64,000 nt of DNA from Octopus sinensis. Taxonomy: Eukaryota. The notes under the pieces are model-generated. The model saw only the letters and a list, made by a program, of their open reading frames with translations. It was not told the origin of the DNA and did not search any database. The stretch lies in the NCBI RefSeq assembly GCF_006345805.1, contig NC_043001.1:65968001-66032000 (forward strand), given 5' to 3'. Positions 11,900-24,116 of the stretch are shown here, piece after piece. Numbering within the stretch: the stretch's first letter is position 1; each line of letters opens with the position of its first letter. The translations under genes and the position numbers were made by a program.

Positions 11900-12130
11900 A
11901 AAGTGAACAGCTGTTCACGTTGCATTCTCCTGAATTTTCTTGGCCTCTTGGAATCTTGTTGGGGCCCTCCTCCACTACGAAGACTGAGCCTTGATTTCGT
12001 GTTCATAGTCATGCACTTACGAATCCTCACTTGTTATGACCAAGTTCAAAACGCTTTCGTCTTCTTCAACAGTCAAGGAGTTCCTGCACAGCTGGAATAC
12101 GATCTTCTATTTTGATACGACTACACGCTA
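11900..12130 (-). mobile_element. Decayed mariner transposase fragment (first catalytic Asp region)
   Basis: ESVLNLVITSEDS*VHDYEHEIKAQSS*WRR resembles the mariner ITGDE.WV..Y.PE.K.QS.QW motif. Confidence 0.55.
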
Positions 12131-12708
12131 TACACTTAAACTCCAAACACTACTTGAAACAATGGAAGTGAGTGAGAACGTTATAACTTAGTATGCATGT
12201 GCGACAGAGTTCAATGTCAGTCTGTGCCAAACAGGTTTACTCTGCATAATTTAGCTCCATTATCATAACAACAGTCCCAATATCCTTAAACAACCCTCGT
12301 GTGTGTGTGGGGTGTATGTGTGTGTGTGCATGTATATTGGATGTGAATAATCGCCTTTTTCGTATATGCTCATCAACCTTTGGTCTCCAGGTTCCTCCAC
12401 TCATCCTAATTCCATGATTATTAACTCTTAACTTACAGTTACCGTTATACACATTTTCTTTCCCTCCCCCCATTTCCAAGTCCCAGTCTAAGAAGTGTGA
12501 ATTAGAGGCAGAAAGTAAAAGGTGGAATGTATGGTATGTATATATGTGTGATTGTGCGCGCGAGCGTGTGTACATGTACGTTTGTTTGTGCGTGTTTTTA
12601 AACAGCTATGCTTATGTTTCATAGCGAGAGTAGTATCTAGTTCAAAGACACGTTTCAGCATGAGTTAAAATCTGCAATATACCCCACTCTATATCTTTGA
12701 TATATATA

Positions 12709-12756
<48 letters not shown>

Positions 12757-15324
12757 ATATATATCACATAGACAAATGTTAGTTGTTTGTATACTATTTA
12801 GCTTAGTAAGCTCTGATCATTTGTTGTGTTTGATAAAATCCTTTTTCATACTTTTTTTGTAGACATAAGCAGAATAACTACTGACATTAGTCACACAGTG
12901 AAAGGCTAAGTGAAACTCATTTTGTATTCAGTAAGTTGCTAATAAAATTTCTGTTTTTGTTATTTTTGCAATAATATTTTTGCCTTTGTTGTCGATGTGT
13001 CTGTCATTGTTAAAACATATATCTATCGCTATGACCCAATTCTTTTGGGCGTATACCTCTATTTTGCCAATAGCTTTCGCATGTGCCTTGTTGCGTGACG
13101 ATCATTTGAAGGTGTAAACTGAAAAGTAAAGTTATAGAGCTGAAACTAGAGAGGTAAAGTTTATCTTCTTTCGTTTCTCAAGTTTGCTCTCGGTTTTTCT
13201 AGTCCTAAAAAATACGTTTACCCATTTGTACTGCACTCACTCTACTGGGAAAATAGGTGAGAAAATGGAGAAAGTGTTTTACTAATGACTAACATAAACC
13301 AAGAATAATGAACAGATACTGAGCATCAGTCTAAAGACAAAGTAATGGTAGCCATCGATGGAGTGAGAGAGAAAGATGACATCATCAGTATATCTAAGAG
13401 ATGAATTCACTCAGCCAGCCTCACCGAATTTCACGAACATCTTATATAAAAGTGGGATTTTTATAACACGATATGGAAATAACAGATGACGATAACCAAT
13501 GAGTGAGTTTCCATGGGATCACTTTACCGTCTAGAAATAGTAGTTAAGTTTTCCAATCACACTCTGCTGTCTTACAAAATGAAATGGAGAGGGAAGCATT
13601 TGATAATATGACCTTAGCTACGATGTGCCTGAAAACAAAGCAAGCAGGTCAGTGACAGTGACGTGTTTGTTCATAGTTCTGCGTCATCATGTTTGACCCA
13701 AGGTTAAGAATAACAACAACGGCAGGCGCAGCAGCAACAACAGCAAAGCAAACATTGAAAGTGTACTGAATGAGACAGCTTTAAAGGTGTGAATAATTTC
13801 AAGATTTCAAAATTTCAAATGTATATATATATCTACGGAAGCAGAAGCAATTATAAAGATAGCATAGCAGTAAAGTTGACACAAAATAAGGTTGGTCTCC
13901 AACGTCAAGTGAAGTGACAAGTCGAGTGGAACGACATGAAATCGTGATAAACGTTAGGAGAGACAAATAAATTTATTTACTAAGATAATGCTTGTCTCAA
14001 ATTGTTGAAAATACAAATATTAGTAATGGTGTATATATTCTAATGTCCCGGCTTGGCTTTTTGTCATCTGCCCAGCATTTTATGACAAACTTTTATTTTC
14101 TTTGTTCTGAAAGAATTAGAAAATTTGCATGATTTCAGATTTTTAAAACATATATGTTCACGTACACAAAGACGACACTCGCACGTTTGCTTATAATGCA
14201 GAGTACAATGGATGATTGAACAAAAGTTTGATTATGTATGGCACTGAAAGATCAGAGGACATTAATTTCAAAAGTTTCTGTTAATTTTAAATACTTTGCA
14301 ATAGGTTCTAGGATGTAATCATGACTAAGAGAGAGTGCACAATGACTGTACGAGTTTAACACATAGCACACGATGAAAGAAGGATGTTTAAGACAGTGCA
14401 CAGTGACGGAAGATGTTTAAGACATAGTGTACAATGGCTTCATGATGTTTAATAACATCTTCAAGGCATAATCGTTTATTCCTCCATTAACGTTCTATAG
14501 AATTTAATGTTATACAGTTGACTGACTATATTATTCCTTGAGCAGATGAGAACATGTGACAACTAAAACCGGAAGCTTCTATTCATCTTGTTTTACATTT
14601 AACTCTGAGCTGTTGTTGTTGAATTTTGCTTTACACAAAGTAACCACATTTACCCACTATCCAATAATATCTGTAAGATATTTGTATTATTTGTAGTTAT
14701 TCTTCTTTTCTCCACCAGTTTGTTTTTTAAACATAAATTGTTAAAATTGATCACAATTATAATCGGTCTATACTATGATCGATCACTATTATCTATTTCA
14801 TCCACCACTTGACAAACTCTGTCACCGTTGCTCGTTTTCTTTCACTATAATATTGTTTTATTTATTTGAAACATTGATTTAAACGATCACTGATCGGTGG
14901 TGTTAGTCTGCCGAGGGGCCGGTTCCTATTCCATATAATGTCTTTCACTTACTCTACGAACCCATTATTATGAAGGCAGCAAGTAGGCAAACTGACATAG
15001 TATACGGAGACCAATTCAACAGTTGTATTTCATTGTAGGAACAATGACGAAACCTCTTCATAATCATTCGACATGCGAGAAAAGCAGCCAAATTTCTCTT
15101 TAAAAATATATTACTTTATAAAAGGTATGGGCACATCATCATAGATATAATGTCAGAAAATAATATATGATGGCCATTTTGGTCATAGATCAGTCCATTT
15201 TAGGAGCATCAGGTGATAAGCAAAAACAATTACAACAAAAGACACCAAAAGCACCAAGTTAATATTAATGATATCGATAGTTTCATTACCCCCACTTTAT
15301 ACATCGACTCTGTTTTTTCTTTAA

Positions 15325-15459
15325 GTTCTATGGCTGTATGGTAAGAAGTTTGCTTCCCACATATATGGTTCCAGATTTAGTCAAACTGAGTTGCAAGTGT
15401 CTTCTATTATAACCGCGGATTTGGTAGACGGAAACGGAAGAAGCCCGTCATATTTATAT

Positions 15460-15494
<35 letters not shown>

Positions 15495-15680
15495 TCATCG
15501 CTCGACAACCAGTGTTGTTGTGTTTACAGCCTTGCAACTTAGCGGTTCGGCGCAAGTGACCGATATAATAAGTATCATGCATAAAAATATGTACCGGGAT
15601 CGATTCATTCAACTGAAGTTCTTAAAGTCGGTGCCCCAGTGTGACTGCAGTCTAATGACTGAAAAAAGGTAAAAGAATAT
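15325..15680 (+). mobile_element. SINE family B, decayed, with internal (TG)n
   Basis: ATGGCTGTATGGTAAGAAGTTTGCTTCCC head, GCAAGTGTCTTCTA, GGATTTGGTAGACGGAAAC, and tail GGTGCCCCAG...GACTGAAA. Confidence 0.7.
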
Positions 15681-16189
15681 AAACGATAAACTAAAGTATC
15701 AAAATATAAATCATGAAATATTTTTCTTTCTTATACTTAAGATGACTTTACAACACTGCTGCAGTTAATTAGTTGAATGTACAAACAAGCGCTGTCGTTA
15801 AACACCACAGCTAAACTGTTTAATATCTTAATTAACTGGAAAAACTCTTTTATTGGGGTCTAAATTACTTTAAAACATATCATATTTGCGTAAACGAGTT
15901 CTACTTAAGACACCGGATAAAACTCCTAGAGATTTCACCATAGCTGCCAAGTTAGAAATATAAGCAAGCTTTTTACTAATCATCCGAGATCAGTAAAGGA
16001 AGGAAATAAATCACGTGCTTCGTAACTGGCTGTATATAATATTACATAAAGTGTTGGAAGATGTCAGAAATGGAAGCAAGAAAAATGGCAATGCTATAGT
16101 AATGTTCCCTGTGACAGGTTCTTTCTACTCTACGGTCAATTGTTCATGAAAATCTAGACTATTTCAGTAGATTCTTCCTGAGATTTTGC

Positions 16190-16350
16190 TGCAAACGTTG
16201 TTGTTGTTGTTGTTGTTGTTGCTGTCGTTGTTGTTGTCGTTGCTGTTGTTGCTGTTGTTTCTGATATTGTTGTTATTGTTGTTGGTGGTGGTGGCGGTGT
16301 TGATGCTGTCGCAACTGTTGTTATTGTTGTTGTTGTTGCTGCTGACGTTG
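16190..16350. repeat. Imperfect (TTG)/(CTG) trinucleotide tract
   Basis: Directly visible; explains the poly-L and poly-N ORFs. Confidence 0.85.
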
Positions 16351-16589
16351 CTTAGCGTCAAGTCACTCTAATTGAGTAATTCTATCACCTTGCTACTTGT
16401 TTTGTGTCAGACTATATTATCTAACGTGTCCTTCATTTTTAATACAGAGCGATGTTTTTCGAGACGATTTGACTGCTATACGAAAATTAATCATAATGGT
16501 AATTAATGTATTCGGTTCAAGCTTTGGTTTGAATATACCTTCCTCCATCCTTGCCACCAGTTTTGGAGGACCCTATAAAAGACGCTTCC

Positions 16590-17085
16590 TTTTCTTTCTG
16601 ACTAAACAACAAAGCACAAGTTCATCAAATGTTCGCTGACGGTCCTTGAAGACCAGTTCATGAAATGTCATGTTTTCATTCGTTCGGGAGGTCGATGATC
16701 GCCTTGAACGAGGTTGGCCATCAAGCGACAAGTGACCATTCCTAAAGCATGAAAACCACTCATCAACTTGTGTTTTGTTCATGGCAGCGGCTTGTGAGCT
16801 GTTTGAAGCATGACAACTGTTTCGGCCACAGTTTTACCCAGCAGAAAATAGAGTTTTACAGAAGCACGCTGTTCCTTCGTTTCAGCTATCGCAAAAATCG
16901 ACGAACAGGGGAGAAGCATTGCAAAACAAAGACGCACCAATTGACAGTACAACAAAAACAATGACACCGGTCGGTAGCCTGATGCCTGAGGGTCACATCA
17001 AGTGGGTTCTAGCGGTAGAAGCCTGAACTTCAACGGGTTTGTCTCACAGAAAACGTTTCCTGTTACTTTTAGGTATCCCTTAGTA
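16590..17085 (-). mobile_element. Mariner remnant: one TIR plus N-terminal HTH region
   Basis: EQRASVKLYFLLGKTVAETVVML...MNKTQVDEWFSCFRNGHLSLDGQPRS. TIR-like TA|CTAAGGGATACCTAAAAGTAAC on the minus strand ends at 17085. Confidence 0.75.
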
Positions 17086-17123
17086 TGTATACATACACAC
17101 ACACACACACACATATAAATATG

Positions 17124-17164
<41 letters not shown>

Positions 17165-17530
17165 TTATACGTCCATACATACGTGCATGTACACATATAC
17201 TACTACGACTATATATAATGTATATTACATAATAAATTGTAGCATTGGGAATTTTCTAGCGATAAAATCAATGTTATCGTAACTGAGTACCTCAAAGATT
17301 CTAAATTATATCTGACAAACCACATATTCGCCAAAAGTTCAATTAACAGTAGATGACAGTAAAATAAAACAAGATATTTAAAATATTAAAAGGATAAAAT
17401 GGAGCCTAAATATCTGAAATAACTAATAAGATTAACTTGATTGGATTAAGTAGGTTATTAAGATGAAAGAATTTGAGATGTAGTTGTGCATGGACATTTA
17501 ACTTCACTTAATTTAAAAGTTTTATACATT

Positions 17531-18046
17531 ACTAGCAGTATCGCCCGGCGTTGCTCGGGTTTGTAAGGGAAATAACTATATAAGCATTTTTAGAGAGTTA
17601 CTTCCCTTATAGATGCCAATTCGGGCTTTCTTAGCCATTTCTGTTTTGGTGTCTTCAAGCCATGAAGTCGTTGTTCTAAAAGAACGCTGGTCTCCTTGAC
17701 AACGCTTTACGACGTTGATTTCCTTACACTCCCTTCCCCCACAGCTTCACGAGGGAGGGAAGAAGGGGGAGAAGCAAATAGGTGCAGGTGTGACCATGGA
17801 CGCCAACTCCGCCGCCATCGACACACGAAAAATTATGCATTAAAATGGAATAAAAAATTATGTTAAATTATTTTTAAAATCGTAGACTCATCGTAGACGC
17901 GCGCTAATACTCAGACGGGCTCGATATGAATCACGACTATAAGATACCCAAATTTGGTTAAACTGCACCGCAAAATGTGGGAGTAGTTAGGAATCTAAAT
18001 CGAAGGGGACAGACACTCACACAACTACAGTTTTATTTATATAGAT
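17531..18046 (+). mobile_element. Non-autonomous Helentron/HINE-like element
   Basis: Begins TT|ACTAGCAGTATCGCCCGGCGTTGCTCGGGT (5' hairpin CCCGG/TCGGG) and ends ACAGACA...TTTTATTTATATAGAT, the DINE-1/HINE-type layout. Confidence 0.55.
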
Positions 18047-18129
18047 AAGATACATTTGTAATATGAATACAACTGTAACAGTTTAAAATTGTACGTATTA
18101 AATAATGTTATCTATCTAGAGTAAATCAG

Positions 18130-18625
18130 GAAATGCTTCTCAACTAAAGTTCTTAATATTAGACTTAATGTTAAACGAAAAATGTGTAAACCCGATGTTT
18201 TTTTTCTTCTTTTTGGTTAAGGGTGAAAGTAATCTTCTCTTTGAATCCACTAGTTCGTATAACGAGATAGGTGCACTATCGAAGATGTCGTTATTCGATA
18301 ACGAATGAGATACCTTTTCTACTTGTATTATCAAGTCTTGTTTTTTGTTTTCTTTTTATATAAGTTTTTCATTGACATTTGGGGAAGGGTCTCTGTAAGT
18401 CTGAACTTAAGTGTAAAGGTAAGAATCATAAAGTTAATTGTAATAACTATTTTTCGGCTGAAGTTATTAACAGAAATAATGCGATCCTTTCTTAACTCTT
18501 CTAAACTATGTCTCCTTGCGTATTTGATTATTGACAAAACGTTGCCTGTATATAATCAAGTCTCTTGTGTCGACTTTTTATATTTAGAGTATCGTAGATC
18601 CCATACTTACATCGGAAGAACGTAT
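18130..18625 (-). mobile_element. Decayed Penelope-like fragment (RT thumb region)
   Basis: SIIKYARRHSLEELRK...RKIVITINF parallels LIDQAITEVKNIPFVIIHNP of the 19130-20935 element. Confidence 0.4.
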
Positions 18626-18828
18626 TGGAACTTACTTCATACATAAACACGCGCGCGCACACACACGCACAACACACACACAAATACATACATATATATA
18701 TATGTATGCATATATGTATGTATGTATATGTATATATATATATACATACATACATACATACATACATACATACATACATACACACATACACACATACATA
18801 CATACATACATACATACATTCATACATG

Positions 18829-19037
18829 GATTGACCCATGGACGCCGTTTATTATTTCAAAAAAAATTTTAAGGTCTTCCTTACTTGTCAAAAAAGTAGT
18901 TATTTTCTAGTACTAGCTGTAGCCCTTCAAATATGAACTCCTTGGAGAATCTTGAATTCCTTGTGTATCCAGAACTCTATTGCTTCACGCAGGGGATATT
19001 GTTTGTTGACTACATCAAAACTGACTAATATGACCCC

Positions 19038-19040
<3 letters not shown>
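18829..19040 (-). repeat. Internally deleted duplicate of the Penelope RT segment 20528-20935
   Basis: Direct repeat lacking the 192 bp corresponding to 20586-20777. Both copies end at TGACCCCTAT. Confidence 0.85.
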
Positions 19041-19125
<85 letters not shown>

Positions 19126-19129
19126 AAAT

Positions 19130-20935
19130 AGTAAAAAGTGAAAAAACTACAGAAGGCTTAAAGGTTAAAAAAATATATATATTTGCGTCGATATGTCTGA
19201 AGAATATTAAATTTTTTTTTCCTTACAATGACATAATTTAGAAGAAAGACCGGTTTCGCGTTTAACTTTTCAAATTTCTTGCGACGTTATGTTTATGTTG
19301 AATAGAGTTATCGTTATGTTTATGTTTAAAAGAGTTCTAAATAAGGGGAGGTAATGAGTGATTTCTTCCGGTGTAAGGGAGATAATCGCTTAAAATTTTT
19401 TTCTTTTCCCTTGGTGTGAATTTCTCTGTAACAGTATGTTGGCATGGTTAAGTCTGGGCTTGTACTTTTCAATGAAGAATGTTTCCTTGTTTAGTCTAAT
19501 TTGTGTTGATGATCCGATAGCACATTGGTAAAATGGAAAGATTAAAAATTGTGGTAGTAGTTGCTTTGCGCATTTCTCAATGTGCTCACTAAAAGGTATC
19601 ATTCTGTATTCTGGGAATGCAATCTGTTGTCGATGCAGTGTGCATCTACGTCTGAGTGATAGTCCCGTGGATCCCACGTAGTCTTGGTGGCAGCCCGAGC
19701 ATTTTATGACATAAATTATGTTTTCAGGGGCACAAGTAAAGTTAGATTTGATCTTGAATTTCTGTCCCTCTTTAAAGAGGAATTCTGATCCTTCTAGCAG
19801 GTTTGGACATGTTGCACAGTTCGATCTAACACATTTTTTTACTTTTGCATCCGTAATTTCAGAAAACAATTTTGCCTTTGTGAGAATCTTTTTAAGTGAT
19901 TTAGGTTGTTTGTAGCTTTTAATGATTTGGTGTATGTTTAGAATTTCCTTTAATTTGGGGTCCTTATGAAGTATTGGTAAATTCTGGGTGATGATGGTGA
20001 AGGCTTCTTTGTTTCTGGGGTTGTATGTAGATCTATATATATATATATATATATATTTGGAGAGAAGACTTTTTTCTCAATGAGTTAAGATTTAAAAAAG
20101 AACCTTTTCAGAAGGTCGAAAGACACTAGAATTGGTAGAAGGCGCTTGGCTGTTTGTAGAATATTGTGGTTGTTGGGATTGTGAATGATAACAAATGGGA
20201 TATTTTTAACTTCAGTTATCGCTTGGTCTATTAGCTTGGTGGGGTATATTTGTTTTCTAAGGAAGAAACAAGTTAAGTTCTGCAAGTCGTCTTTCTCTTC
20301 TATTTGTCTCCGAAACTACTGTACATATTTGTCTTGCCATATTAAAGGGTATGTTCATTTTTGTATGGGAAGAATAGCAAGATCTGAAGTCTAAATATTG
20401 GTGTGCGTCCGTGTTTTTTGTAATAGAGGTCAGTTGTTATAATTTCATTCTCTTTAATTATTAATTATTATTCTGGTTAATTATTAAGGAAGAGGAGTTC
20501 CCTTTCATTCATTTCCATAGTAAATTAGATTGACCCATGGACGCTGTTTATTATTTCAAAAAAAATTCTAAAGTCTTCCTTACTTCTGTTACAGAATATA
20601 AAGCAGTCATCCAAGTCTTTTCTAGTTTTCCACTAGGTATGAGTGGAAGTTTCGGCCAAAAGAAATCTGAGATAAGCAGTAGATTTTTCTTCCAAATATC
20701 CCATTACTAGTGTGGCAAGGTGTAGGTGTTACCTTGGTACCCATCGCAGTCCCATGTATTTGTAGGTAGTATTGGTTGTCAAAAAAGTAGTTATTTTCTA
20801 GTACTAGCTGTAGCCCTTCAAGTATGAACTCCTTGGAGAATCTTTCTTGAATTCCTTGTGTATCCAGAACTCTACTGCTTCTCGCAGGGGATATTGTTTG
20901 TTGACTACATCAAAACTGACTAATATGACCCCTAT
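19130..20935 (-). mobile_element. Penelope-like element, 5'-truncated: RT, GIY-YIG endonuclease and 3' repeat
   Basis: Frameshifted RT remnants (GTAMG-like and DDCFIF regions), the GIY-YIG ORF at 19390-19869, and a hammerhead remnant at 19242-19280. Confidence 0.88.
19390..19869 (-). CDS. Penelope GIY-YIG endonuclease domain (open frame within a disrupted ORF)
   Basis: SNCATCP...FTCAPENIIYVIKCSGCHQDYVGST.LSLRRRCTLH...SEH...NKETFFIEKYKPRLN. Confidence 0.85.
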   Translation of the reverse strand: MFSEITDAKVKKCVRSNCATCPNLLEGSEFLFKEGQKFKIKSNFTCAPENIIYVIKCSGCHQDYVGSTGLSLRRRCTLHRQQIAFPEYRMIPFSEHIEKCAKQLLPQFLIFPFYQCAIGSSTQIRLNKETFFIEKYKPRLNHANILLQRNSHQGKRKKF

Positions 20936-21312
20936 TACAAAAACACGAACACACAGCGATATTTAAAACATCCCGCACTTAGATGCATACCATGTAGCGA
21001 TCATTTGGATACCTGTGCACAAGGAAAATTTACAATTTTCCCTCTTCATAAAATAAATGAAGAGAACGACCTTCTCCGGAAGGCAAAAGAAGAATATTTC
21101 ATAAAATTTCTGAGTTCGAAACTAAACCGGAAATAATCAATAACAATTTTACTGAAAACAACTTTCACTATATATAATAACACGTACTTGAAAATGTTAA
21201 GAACTGAAAAGCGCTTATTGGTGATAATAAAGTCACTCTTTGTGTTTAATATCAAGATGGTGGCCTACGATGAAGTCAGATCAGCTATGGCATTGACTAT
21301 TCTGATTGGAAC
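20936..21312 (+). mobile_element. 3' end of a different Penelope-like family
   Basis: RYLKHPALRCIPCSDHLDTCAQGKFTIFPLHKINEENDLLRKAKEEYFIKFLSSKLNRK* is a GIY-YIG C-terminus. Confidence 0.7.
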
Positions 21313-21319
21313 TTCAGCA

Positions 21320-21700
21320 AGTTGAAGGGCTTCTAGCAACCATAAGTGGGAACAGAGTCAAAGGCTTTCTTGTAGTCTATCCACATTGAAACTAGGTTTC
21401 TCTTATGCTTTCGCACCTCTGACATCATAGTTCTGTTGATTAACAATTGCTCGGCACATCCTCAAGCATCCTTCTTCACACTGCTTTTTCTGCTGTGATA
21501 TTATTGGTTTCACAATGGTCCCGGCTGAAGAGGTTTAAACATGCTGTATGATTTCAATCAGTTCATATAGCCAACAGCGGGGTTTTGTTTCGCTTTTTCG
21601 TAGCAATTAAATAGATTATTATTCAATTCATAACTCCAAGAGGAATGAGTTTTGTAGTTAGGGTTCTTCTATAATTACAGCTAGAAAGAATTTGTTTACC
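21320..21700 (-). mobile_element. RLE-type (R4/Dong-like) RT fragment
   Basis: GCAEQLLINRTMMSEVRKHKRNLVSMWIDYKKAFDSVP. Confidence 0.7.
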
Positions 21701-21964
21701 TGTTGAGCTGTTGTTTTCGTTCTGCTCCTCGATTGTGCTGTTGCTGATGTTGTGCCCAGCCATGTTGTTTGTAATAACTCTCTGCATGCTAAATTCAACC
21801 TTCAGAATAAAAGTCTCCCTCAGTTAATTCATCTGAAGATTAACCAGTTATTTAACAAGGCTGATAGTTGTGGTTCCAAAGTCGGAGCTAGTATTCATCG
21901 TATTTTCGATAAATAATCTCCCACGCCAAATACGCGACTTGTCGCATCGAGTAACATCAAATGT

Positions 21965-22050
21965 ATGCATGCATGTATGTATGTATGTATGTATGTATGT
22001 ATGTATGTATGTATGTATGTATGTATGTATGTATGTATGTATGTATGTTT

Positions 22051-22088
<38 letters not shown>
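21965..22088. repeat. (TATG)n microsatellite
   Basis: Directly visible. Confidence 0.95.
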
Positions 22089-22091
<3 letters not shown>

Positions 22092-22715
22092 TGTTCACAT
22101 AGTTTATGTGCTATTAGAACTGCGTGATGCTTTAAGATTATGAAACCGTTTTAAAATATTTTCAGTTCACTATTAAAAATGAAAATTAACATTATTCAGG
22201 AAGTATTCCTCATTATTTCACATATATTTTCGGATCTCATATTTCCAACCATGTTGTATGATTGCATCTACGATGAAGCCGCCTGCTATAGAATCAGCAA
22301 TATATTTGTTTTGTTATTGTTTAATTCCAATTAAAACCCATAAACATAAATGTAGCTTGATATCCCAAACATCCTTCTTTGAAACATCCTGTCTTACCGC
22401 AGGCGTTTATTAATCTCTTCGAAAGTGTCATTAAAACGTCTTTACCTTTGTATTTATTTCTAAAGAAAATTAAGTGCATTATATGCTATATGAAAATGAT
22501 TATATACTATGGTTTCAGTTTAATGCCATCCTTCATTATTGCATATTTTCTGTCAAGTATTTTTGTGGGAAACATTTATAAAATACCTGCGTCGTTATAA
22601 CAATAGGTGAGGGTATTAATATGAGGAAGAAGCGTTGGCAGGACAGGTGAGAGGAGGGAAGGAGTAGAGCCAAAACATGCAATTATAGGTAGAAGTTAGA
22701 GTAAAGACAGGCTTA

Positions 22716-22749
<34 letters not shown>

Positions 22750-24116
22750 GTGTGTGTGTATATGTATGTATGTATGTGTATATATATATATATACAAATG
22801 TATATGTGTGCATATATATACATTTGCATAAAAGCATACATACATAAACACATATGTAGGCACACAATTTTATACAAAGATTAATTTGGGTATGTATATG
22901 TATATATATAAATACTTACATGCATATAATTATATTTACACACATGAAGATATGTAAGCGTGCGAGTGCGTGTGTGCGTGCATGCATAAAAAATGTTATT
23001 GTGTGTGTCTATACATATATATATATACGTATATACGTATATATATAAACAGCGATCAAATGCTGTCACTATATATACATATCTATATATATATATACAC
23101 ATACAAGTAAATATATATATGTGCGTGTGTTTACGTAAGCACCTAATTTATGATTGGAGTAAAGACATTAGTGTTCGTGTAAATACATGTCTGTATGTGT
23201 TCATCTGTTCATACTGTTTGTATGTAGAGGCTAATACAAACAGCAGCTTACATAACATACTTGTTTTACCGGTTCAATAAAATATTGTGAATGTTAAGCC
23301 GTAATAGCCAACTGTGCCAACGGCTATAGCTGAAATGTTTAGATTTTCATAATAATATAACTGTTTTAATACTATTATATATAATTTTTAAAATCTTCAA
23401 AATTCTTAAAATTTTTTTCAACACGAAATATATCAAAAATCACATTATATTTAGCAATTTTAATTAACCCATCCTTGCTTTCTGTGGAAGTTCGAATCGA
23501 TTGTTGTTTAGTAGTACGTCACTGCTAAGCCTTAATTCAGTTTTACACGGCCCGTAATCGACTCATTGCAAGATGTTCTATTGTTTTGTGTTCTCGCTTG
23601 AAATGATATCCAAAGAGGCCATACCATTGTTTGAGTTCATTCCAATCCCAGATTTAGGAGGGAGGGTTAAATCAAAATGGCCCCATGATAACATAAAATT
23701 TATCAGTTATTTCCAGATGTTACCTGCCTCAATTGCAATGACGAATGTTGAAGTCGGCTAAAGAGTAGTTTACAGCTTCAAAACAAAGAAATATGTAATA
23801 CAGTTGATTATGTGAATTTAACGGTGTTTGTAGTTTCTCTTTTATTCTTTTTACCCGATTCAATCAAGAGGAAGTGTTACATGAGCTTCGCAGAGATACC
23901 TGCTGAAATTGAGGAGATTGATAAGTTTCAACATCTGTAAATCGAAATCTCGTTGGGAAAATTATGAAAGTTTGATAAATACTATGTGGTTGATATTTCT
24001 CTGGGGAAGAAGAATGGAGTAGAATTGTTTGTATGGAGACTGAATACTCCAGATACACTATAGCTGACATATGTGGTGGCTTGATTTGTGTGGTTATGTT
24101 ATGCAACTAGTTTTGT

